DNA from: Nemertoderma westbladi
Lineage: Eukaryota > Animalia > Xenacoelomorpha
Assembly: GCA_032718475.1 (NCBI GenBank)
Contig: JAUCBJ010004744.1
Coordinates: 1 to 58,687 of the forward strand
DNA: 58,687 bases
Direction: 5' to 3'
Both the position numbers and the translations under genes were made by a program. Below the pieces are notes generated by a model. The model did no database searches. It saw only the letters and a list, made by a program, of their open reading frames with translations, and was not told the DNA's origin. Positions 39,057 through 49,149 of this stretch are shown piece after piece (the stretch's first letter is position 1; the number at the start of each line of letters is the position of its first letter).

Positions 39057-39900
39057 TCAAAATTCTTCCCTGATTTTGATAATGAAGACTGTTTTGGAAG
39101 TCAACAGCGCCGACTTCCTTTCTATTTTATTCGAATTGATACGTGGGAAATGGCATGATGGGATAGCAATAAAATCCCTTGACACTGTTTGTGACTTTGT
39201 TGCGGACCCCTTTAACGGGGCTGCCCATTTATTTATGAATGGATGATCAGTCAAGACCGCCGCTTGGTTGTTGATTCTTCCAAGATCCAGTTTAGACTTC
39301 ACAGGTAACTCAGCCCGACACCGAAAAGCGCCCCGTTTGAACCCAACAAGATCGCATATAACATTGAGATTATCGGTACATGCGTCAAGCATCCATAACA
39401 ATACGACTTCTTGCTCGCAGAGAGATGGTTCCGTACTCAGATTCATACGCGCTATTACCCGCGATGGTTCTTGTTCTCTGTTAACCTCTATACTCCAATG
39501 AGCTAATGGGACGCAGACCTTGACCTGAGATTTCGGCAGAAACGTAGCAAAAGACTGTAGAATAAACGATAAACCGTTTTTGAAATCGTCATTTTCCATC
39601 TTCGGCATCTCTTGGCCGAAGGTCTTTATGAGTTCCTTTTGCTCAGCTCGAACTGAGCAATCCATTAGTCTGCTTATAACCTTTGCCGCTTTAGTGGCTC
39701 CTGCCTTGTTAACCGCTGCGACCTGCGTCTTTGCAGTGTCCTTCCCGAGCACGCGCCGCCCCCCCCCCCTTCTTTCCGACCGAGTTATTGTTTAGTCTCT
39801 TAAGATTGACTTTCCCTCTATGGGAGCTCAGGGCTTTAAGTTTATAAACAAGACCGAGATTCTTCTGATCTTGTAAATATACTAAATAATAATGTTGCAT
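39057..39900 (-). CDS. Orphan ORF or exon of at least 231 aa with a basic N-terminus; frameshift in a poly-C tract near 39760
   Basis: Long open frame; the truncated duplicate at 30914-31165 reads GKKGGRRVLGKD in frame across the homopolymer. Confidence 0.5.
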
Positions 39901-41027
39901 TGTAGATGCAAGCCTTGCGTGATTTAATACTGAAATGGTTTGTAAGTGGTTTATTCGGTATGTAATAAAATAATTAATGTTTTCTTTTTTTTTATTCTTT
40001 AATTATTTTGATATGTATTTATTAGGGTGTTATATATTTTTTCAATTTGTTATGATATTGCCACTCCTCATATCCCGAATTTTTTAATTTGGCGCCCTTC
40101 ACAAATCAGTGTCTTGTGGCACTTGCCTCCACCCCCCTCTGTCAATATTCAGCCACGACGCAGTCAGGGCGAGCCTTAGCGCACAATCATAATCAGTAAT
40201 AGTCGGTAAAAAATTTAATGTCGGTCTGTAATGAAAAATTCATTCGTAAATAAGTTGATTCAGATAAGTCAGAAGATTAGTCAGTATGTGATGAATACAA
40301 TACTCCAGGCTACTGATGATAAGAGAGATGCCCAAAAGGCTCTTCTTATATCTAAAGAATGGGGTTAATGACACTCATTGTTCGGTGAAGCAAAGATGTA
40401 TGTATGCCTCACATGTCCTTCAAAAAATGGAGGATGATATTGAGTTGAGTTAACATTGTGATTGATACTACTGACCAGCATTTCTTCCATAAGGATTCTT
40501 AACTAAAACCACATATGGTAGACAATCCTGAATCTGAAATTAAAAGGGCGAATCTTTATATCTATGTAAAGAAGGGATGCTATAACATAACTGAGATCCA
40601 GCGTAATAAATTTCTTGCAAATTTTGCTGATCAAAGTAAAGTGAAGTATGCCAAGCATGTTGTAGTATTCCTCTGTAGAGAAAATCTTAAGGAGGATAAT
40701 GGAGAATGCTTTATTCTAATTAAAAAAAATATTTTTTTTCGAACATATCCAAGAGTTACAATGCTATTAAAAAAAACTAGTAAAAAAACTATTGTTTTTT
40801 TTCAGTTTATATATATCGAGCAAAATACCACAACCAGTGTCCAACTAAAAGTAGTAATAAATTAAAACTATTAAAACTTAAAACAAAATGAATCATTCTA
40901 CCAGTCGTACCATTGTACAACCAGTCCTTTCATTATCAGATATTGCAGCTGAGTTTTAGTGAGGAATCGGTTAGTATCTGAAGTGACTGTTAAAATATAA
41001 TCTAGACATTTCAGTTTCATCTCTAAT

Positions 41028-41889
41028 TTATCTTCCTTCGGGTTTCCATTCATTTGGGTGAGTACATCGAAAGTTACACAGACAGTTAACCTTTGTGAGC
41101 TCTCCTGTTGTTTCACTACTGACCCCGACTTCCAGACTATCACTTTCACGTTTCTTTGTTGTCCCGATGTCTCTATGTTCCTTCACCCATTGCAATATTA
41201 CATGATACCGAGTTCGATGCATTTGGGGCCCACAAAATATCATGTAGATAACGATAGAACCCTTCTTCATCCCCATTGAAGTCAATGAAGCGATTAACGA
41301 GCTGATAAGCGTATTTAATTCGCTTTGTTCCCAGCCGCTTGGAGAATGCTTCACCAATCTCGGGAACCTCTATGACCTTTGTTCCCAGCCGCTTGGAGAA
41401 TGCTTCACCAATCTCGGGAACCTCTATGACCTTTGTTCCCAGCCGCTTGGAGAATGCTTCACCAATCTCGGGAACCTCTATGACCTTTGTTCCCAGCCGC
41501 TTGGAGAATGCTTCACCAATCTTGGGAACCTCTATGACCTTTGTTCCCAGCCACTTGGAGAATGCTTCACCAATCTCGGGAACCTCTATGACCTTTGTTC
41601 CCAGCCGCTTGGAGAATGCTTCACCAATCTCGGGAACCTCTATGACCTTTGTTCCCAGCCGCTTGGAGAATGCTTCACCAATCTCGGGAACCTCTATGAC
41701 CTTTGTTCCCAGCCGCTTGGAGAATGCTTCACCAATCTCGGGAACCTCTATGACCTTTGTTCCCAGCCGCTTGGAGAATGCTTCACCAATCTCGGGAACC
41801 TCTATGACCTTTGTTCCCAGCCGCTTGGAGAATGCTTCACCAATCTCGGGAACCTCTATGACCTTTGATGATTTAACTTTCTTGTACAT
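41028..41889 (-). CDS. BAF-like gene copy 3: ATG start, 10 x 18-aa HhH repeats and the BAF core; +1 frameshift at 41234-41237
   Basis: Array 41324-41863 is 10 x 54 bp; AAAA here versus AAA in copies 1 and 2 breaks HDICG; the corrected frame ends at 41028. Confidence 0.8.
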
Positions 41890-42339
41890 TATTAGTTCGT
41901 ATTAGTTCAAAGATGAATAGATAGATCAAATATTACCTATTATTATACAGTATATGTCCGATTTGTAAAAAATTTTTCTCCTAATTGACATAGATTAATG
42001 TGCAGTTCGATTATATATAATATTTTGAATTCCAGAACTTAGTTTTGATTGGTTGATTTGAGCAATACTGTTCTGATTGGCTAAAACAAAATGGTATTTG
42101 TTAGGCGGTTTCGGTGGTAGGTTTACCCGTTAACGGTGTTCATTTTGATTAAACTGTTTGCTTAATGTAGTAGGCCTACTACTGTATACTATAGATCGTA
42201 TATGGTGTACAGTTTGGAACTAAAGCTGCGTTCACATAATGTATGCGTTTGATAATATTACAATGTGGGGCAAGCCACGATTAGTGAGTGATCACACAAT
42301 TATCATTAATATATAGGGCCAAATGTAATGTCCATATGT

Positions 42340-42945
42340 CTCCGCCCGTCCATCTATCTGTCCGTCCGTCTGTCTCTCAGTCCATCTATCAGTCTGTCTG
42401 TCTGTCAGTCCATCCCTTTGTCCGTTTGCCAGTCAGTCCGTCTGTCTGTCCATCTTTAAATCCTTAGTCACACTTAAATAAGAGTGACTATAATGTTGTT
42501 TAGGAATTAATAATGTCACCCTTAAATAGGCGTGATTATAATGTTGTTTAGGATTTAATGTTACCCTTAAATAGGAGTGACTATAATGTTGTTTGGAATT
42601 AATGTTACCCTTAAATAAGAGTGACTATAATGTTGCTTAGGAATTAATGTCACCCTTAAATAAGAGTGACTATAATGTTGTTTAGGAATTAATGTCACCC
42701 TTAAATAAGAGTGACTATAATGTTGTTTAAAGGAATTAATGTCACCCTTAAATAAGGGTGACGATAATGTTGTTTAGGAATTAAGAGGTCCCTTAATAAG
42801 GACGATCTTATGTTGTGTATGAATTGAGGTCTCTCTTAAAATAATAAGGGAGTCAATAAATTTTGTATAATAAATAATGTGTTCTTTGTAAGGGTGGCAA
42901 TAATGTTGTTTAAATTAAAGTCACCCTTAATAAGGGTGAATTTAA
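42340..42945. repeat. GTCY microsatellite followed by a longer 45-bp tandem array (Helentron/DINE-like arrangement)
   Basis: GTCC/GTCT runs at 42345-42452, then about 10 units of the 45-bp repeat. Confidence 0.7.
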
Positions 42946-42984
42946 TGTTAAAGAATATTAAAACCAAATGTATGCCATATACTA

Positions 42985-45304
42985 CAGTCCAGCTCACCAA
43001 CAGAGTGCCATCGGATCCGATCAGATCCAACACACTCCGACAGCTTCAATCAAGCACAATGCTAACCTACGGAGATTTAGTACTGTTTGATTCTGTTGGA
43101 GAAAATATTTCCAACAAGTTTAGTCTGTTGGAGCCCATCTGAATCTGTCTGAAATCCGTCTGAAAGTGTTTGAAATTTCTGTTGGATGTTGTTGGAAGCT
43201 ATCTGAAGTTGTTTGAAGTTGTCTGAAGCTGTTTGAAATTGTCTGAAACTGTTTGAAGTTGTCTGAAGATGTTTGACGCCATCGGAATTTGTTAGAATTT
43301 GCCAATGCCTTACAAAAGCGTAGTTCATTAACAAAATGTCAATCACTTTAACTCTCAATTTGAAGTGATTGTGAGGGTGTGCTTTGTCAATTATAAACTG
43401 AAACAAAGATTTGTTTCATTTAACAATTTTTATTTACATAATTATGTCGTTAATTATATCAATAAAATTAACTAGAATGCATAAACGAAAATTAAATTCC
43501 TATAATATAAATTCCGATAAATGAATATAATAACACCAACACGTTTTTAATTCCTTAATTTAATTAGAAATGTAAATAATGCTATAAATATATTAGTTTC
43601 TTTGACATAGGGCACTAAATACTGCACATAAACAGATATAAACACAAACAGATTAAGCAAACAGTAAATATAATTACAATGAGTGAAAAAAATATTTTTG
43701 GTTAATTTTATTAGTTGTGTTGAAAGAGCATCGAAATGAAAAGGTTTGCACGTAATACTTCTAGCCCAACTATTTTTTCGCGCACCTACCCTATTTGAGT
43801 AAATTACATTCACACACTCAAAAGTTATTGCAACTTTAGTCTCTGCAAGGCGAACTTCGAAACGGAACTCCATATCCAATATTGGTTTGTAGTTAAGCGG
43901 TTCCCTAGTTACGAAATAAATATTCGAGAACAATAAATTATTTAACATTGAGTAAGGCAGCATTTAGGCAGAATTTAGGAACAAACAAGTACCTATTTAA
44001 GAATAAAATTACGTATACATGGGAAAACTTATTTTGAATGTTATCACTACCCTTTAGTAATGATGGGTCGAAAGTCCCCCCTAGCCCTTCACAAGGGAGG
44101 GTGGACGTAGGGACGGGGCCCTACGTTAGATAGAGAATTGGGAATGTAAAGGCCCTTGTTTTCACGAGACTGCCATGCCATATTATGATGTAATGTATAT
44201 CCGCCATCTCTGAACTTGGGAGAAACGAAATTGCTACAACTATGGAGAATCGGGAAGCCTGGAAGGATCTCATTTCCACTGTCCGAGTTCGCTCGACTTA
44301 GTAGTAGTATATCCGCCATTGACGTACTATTGTTATGTAAAAGGTAGACCTAATCACACCAGATACTAATTAAAATAATGTCTTAATAACTAATTATATT
44401 CATTCATACAATAAGCAATGTAGCCAATTAAGGCTGTGATTGACAAATTAACCGCACAATTAATTAATTGACAAAACAAAAATCAAACTAGTAGAGATCA
44501 TATCCAAACCTGTATAAATATAAATAAACGCAACAATATAACTAACACATGTACGTAGACTATATTAACTGAATAGTGGGATACTGTCCCTCCTGCGAAA
44601 AGCAAAATATATTTATCAGTATTTTAATTAATGTAACTTAAAGAAATTGAGCCTTATTCGAAGAAATTCTACATGGGCATTTTGGACCTATACCGCCACT
44701 GCTTGGCTCTTTGGAAGTGTATTTCCGTAAATCTCTATTGTATGGCTCTAGACCAACCCAAAGCAACATTAGTATGTGAACACAGAATTCCATTCCCCAT
44801 TCATTTCAATGGTAGCCAACTTGTCTTTCTTGTATTGGGGGTAGACCACTGGTTAGCTTTCTGCTATTGTGTTATTCAAAGATAGCGGCAGGAATAAAGA
44901 GAAATACCGACCTCACTAATGGGCTGTTCCTTCAGGTCAGCTTAAGTTACAGTGTGAATGTTCAAGGGCGCCGCCAGTGGCCAGTCCACTCTGTCGTTAT
45001 TGTGGCTTTATGAATGGAGTTCCTTTAGTAGTTTCAAACGCTTTCATTCTATCTGCGCGCAAGAAGATGGGAGTTGAGTTGGGGTTGCGGTTGAGTGTGG
45101 GTGGAGTGATTGACAGGTTGTTGGAAGTTGTCTGATTCTGTTTGAAACTGTCTGAATCTGTTTGAAACTGTCTGAATCTGTTTGAAACTGTCTGAATCTG
45201 TTTGAAGTTGTTGGACTGTTGGAGTTTGTCTGAAAGTGTTTGAAGCTGTTGGATCCTATCGGTTCAGATCGGATCCGATGGCACTCTGTTGGTGAGCTGG
45301 ACTG
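42985..45304. mobile_element. Non-autonomous TIR DNA transposon with TA target duplication
   Basis: 38-bp TIR CAGTCCAGCTCACCAACAGAGTGCCATCGGATCCGATC; empty site ACTATGTAGG at ~34997-35006; 10/20-bp TGTYTGAA subterminal repeats near both ends. Confidence 0.95.
44208..44306 (+). mobile_element. ~100-bp 5'-truncated RTE LINE insertion with 13-bp TSD
   Basis: Matches the reverse complement of ~20915-21015; (TAG)n tail; GTATATCCGCCAT at 44195-44207 and 44307-44319. Confidence 0.92.
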
Positions 45305-46011
45305 TATGTAGGCATACCGGTATTTCTTGTTAAATTTTTTTTTAAATAATTTTTTTTTTACATTTTAGCCTTATTGATATTAGGCCAACATTTAGTAGTT
45401 TTGAGACACTAACAACACAATTTAGGCCTAGCTGTTTTCAATGATACTAAATTGTGAATTTGTAGAAATGCCCAAACACAATTTGTCAGCTGCACAATAG
45501 GCTCTCCTACCAGTATACTGTCCTACTGGACAGTATACTGGTATATATGGGTACCAAGCTTGCACTGAAAGACGCACACACCAAGTAATTAAATTCATAC
45601 CAATAAATTGATGTAGGCCTACAATAGGCCTACTGTAATGAATAGTGCATTATTTTTTTATAATATTATTATTTCAGTATTTATTAATGTAAGAACCGGT
45701 ACAGTACTGGTAGCCTATATAATTAACTCACATGCCTACTTAATACATAGATATTATGTAGGCCTATCTGCCTATACCAACATACAGACAACAATAATAG
45801 GCCTAGTTGAAATAAATGTATAAATTTCCAGCACCAGTATTACAGCACAGCAGCAGGTATAGTGAAATGAAAAAAATACATTTAATATTGAAAAAGAAAC
45901 AGGAGCATAGCCATCAAAATTTTTAATTTGAACAATGCCTAAATGAAAAATTTAACAATGCAAAATGGAAAAGAAATGCAAGCATACCAGTACCAGGTAA
46001 CAATTTTTTTG

Positions 46012-46572
46012 CAAAATATTTGCGTCTGTCTAAACACCAAAATCACAACAAATCACCAGATAGGGAGGGGGGGGGGGGGGGGGGGGACTGGACGCAATAA
46101 AAATTCATCCATCTCTAGAGGAAATTGGATGCAAATAACAGATGATTACTCTCAAAAATAAAACTGTAACCTGTTATATTGTGTTTAGTTTATTTTTTTG
46201 GTTAAAATTACGTGCCACTGTAACCTGCTCCTTTACCTAAATTGAGAATTTAACATTGAGGCGGGATATTAATTAACCAAGGCTGGTGGGTTTTGCGTCC
46301 CCATCCAGTTTCTCCCCTGTCTCCAAATCACAAACCAAATCACACTAAATCACAAACCAAATCACAAAAAATAATCCTAAAACCAAATCACACCAAACCA
46401 AATCAAATGATACCAAATCATAAAATAAATTTAAAATTAAAGGAGCAGGTTACAGTGGTAGCCAGAAGGAACCAAAAGAATAAACGATTTGAAAAAAATA
46501 AAAATAATAAATTTTGAAGGTGATTTGGTAAATTTTGTGTGATTTGGGTATTTAGACAGACCGAAATATTTT
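46012..46572. repeat. Inverted pair of probable transposon ends (Kolobok-like TTAA/AGG terminus)
   Basis: CCACTGTAACCTGCTCCTTTA (~46215) and TAAAGGAGCAGGTTACAGTGG (~46438) are perfect inverses; 46012-46058 is also inverted at 46519-46572. Confidence 0.55.
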
Positions 46573-47539
46573 TCTCACTTTGCATGCACTTCACTACTTT
46601 TGATCTTTTGCACTGATTACTGAGCACTTTGACTTTCGGTGTTTTTTTTACACAATTCTGCATAGGTCTACGTTTATTTCAATACCACTCACTTTTACAA
46701 AGCACTATTGACTATTTCAAATCCGTGCATAATGTGTTGTGGTTTTTGCATTCCATTTGCATTTATCTGGTATAGGCCTAGACAATACTACATACCAGTA
46801 GTATACTAAATAAGATATAAGTTAAACCCTAGTAAATTTACATACCCTATGCAGCTATGCTATGCTATAGGTAATATGAATCCCATAACCTTCATCAATA
46901 TATTATGGTATCTGAGAAAAATTGGTATTAAAGCAAACATTGCATGTAGCATTTTATTGCATTAAGTTATTTAAGTACCGGGCTACCAGTAGGCATACCC
47001 AGATAGCAGTATTAAACCTTGGATATCTGAGGCATATCAGGGCATTACATGTATATACTTACTAATTTAAGTTAATGCAATGTCTAGTGATGGTCCAGAT
47101 AATGTTCTTTAGAGTTTTGTAAAAATAATGGAAAGTAAATCGTGACTATAAAAAAAGGGCAAGTCAATCAACAGCTTGTGATAACGGGTAACATATAAAT
47201 ATAAAGTTCATAAAAACGAAGTTGATTATGATGAATGACTGAAACTATTAAACAGCATCTACATCACCTTGGCCAGTTCCAGCGGCTATGGCTACCACCA
47301 GTACGCTGTCACCATCGCCCTGGGCCTGGCCAGCTCTAGCAGCTGGTGGTATGCCGTCGCCCACAACATTACCATGGGCAGCTCCAGCACGCCGAAACCT
47401 CTGACTCGCTGCACCAGTATCACCGGAGCACACACAGCCAACTGAATGTGCTGCTGCTCAATTATGATGTTGTTCGCCATCACCAAAGATATATGTATTA
47501 CCAGCAGTGATGGGTGATGTGAGTTGACAACTGGCACTC

Positions 47540-47860
47540 TGTCTGGGCTTCAGCTAACTGACAACATACCAGCTGCCAGCATCGTTTACTGCCTCAATGG
47601 AATTCGAAACAAATTCATCTAGTTGGTCGACATCAGCGACTGGTAACACTGTCAACATGGTTGACAATGTCTCTTCTGTTATAAACAATGCTTTGAAGAT
47701 GTGGGAGCAAAGGGGCGCCACTGATTAATCAATGAAGCCCGGGCCCTCTAGCTCCAGCTGCATAACCCAAACGCTTGTTTGAAGCACTGGTCATGCAGCA
47801 GCAGGGAGTCGCACAGCAGACCCAGGCAAGAGGCTCCCATAAACCTAAAAGAAACTACCT
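47540..47860 (-). pseudogene. Diverged, disrupted paralogue of the spliced Cys-rich gene
   Basis: SCLGLLCDSL vs VCGGNLCRGL, WVMQLEL vs WVIEGDI, PLCSHIFKALF vs PFSSRYFTAMF, in the same order. Confidence 0.5.
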
Positions 47861-48007
47861 CCAATGTTGTCTATTGCGAAGCTGCTCATTGAACAGTCAA
47901 TATATGTGGACATCAATGTAAATAGCTGGAGGTTGGTGGCACAGACCATCATAGGGACGACGACGTCGAAGGTCTACATAACCGCAAAAATGATAAAGTA
48001 GACCCCA

Positions 48008-48681
48008 CCTCCACCTTCTTATTCTCCGCATCCCAAATCGCTGGCAGGCGGATATCCCCTTTGATGACCCATGTCTCCTTCAACCCCCCCCCCCCCGGTA
48101 GCAAGGGCAGGCCGCCCCCTTTAAACCTCGGCACAAGTTGCCCCCACACACCTTCTTCAATATCATCTAAAAAATACAATATTTATAAATGAGATTTATT
48201 ATTATTCATTATTTATTTTGATTGGTATATTGCTTATTGTTTAGGAAAGTCATTATTTTTTTTAATAAAAGCAATTCTGCTTAATTTGGTTATAAAAATA
48301 TATGTAATAGAAATTGACAATCTTATCTACTATAATATTTATTATTATTAATCTTTATTTACAAATACGAAATAATATTAACAACAACACAAACCCCGGA
48401 TAAAGTCAGTCTTGGGATTTCAAGGCAGAAACCAGCCAGTTCTGCAGATTTACTTATTTCATTCAACCGAGAGGGACGCTCAGGGTAAATGGGGGCCGGC
48501 CCTTAGATGTATCGGACTAAGCCGGGATACTACCGCGGGAAGATGTGTCGTCTCCCCCCCACGGTACCCCGGCTCAAGGATGGCGATGAATGTACCCACG
48601 CCGATCCCGTTCTCGAAGACCCTCTCTGAATCGGCGTGGGTCGGGAATAGCATACTAAACGTCTCATTAGAACACATATCG
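48008..48681 (-). pseudogene. Second, disrupted copy of the spliced Cys-rich gene (two exons)
   Basis: Near-identical to 25779-26443, with frameshifts and loss of the upstream exon. Confidence 0.8.
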
Positions 48682-49149
48682 CTAAAAATAATTATGAAAA
48701 TATCCTATTATGATGTAGTAAGTGTAAATTTAACTTTAGCAGGTAACCATATTTGTATTTTTAATAGGATTTAGATTGAACAACACCAAATTAGTAATAT
48801 AATGTATTAATATACATAAATTAAATTGATGATTGTTTTTTAATTCATGTTATTTTTGGTAGTAATGTCACATATTGCGAATATTGAAAAAAATATTATC
48901 ATTAGGCATCTATATTATCATTATCAACTAGGCAGGTTTGACCTGCCTAATTGACCATGCTAACATTTAAAGCATACCGTAGAACATCGCCGTGACCGTC
49001 ACAAAAGTCAATCCCCCCCCCCCCCCCCCCCCCCTAATAGTGCGTGACATAATTTATGAACGCCCCCTATGTTATTATATTAGTGTAAAAGGATGCCAGG
49101 AGAGAGTGGATGAACTATGCTGAATTATTTAATTAATTAATATGACCAC

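Noticed and set aside
41324-41863. 54-bp palindromic repeats as a CRISPR array
   Set aside because: Units are contiguous with no unique spacers, there are no cas genes, and the context is eukaryotic
43077-43406. Gln/Phe-rich ORFs
   Set aside because: Translation of 10-bp subterminal repeats of the TIR element
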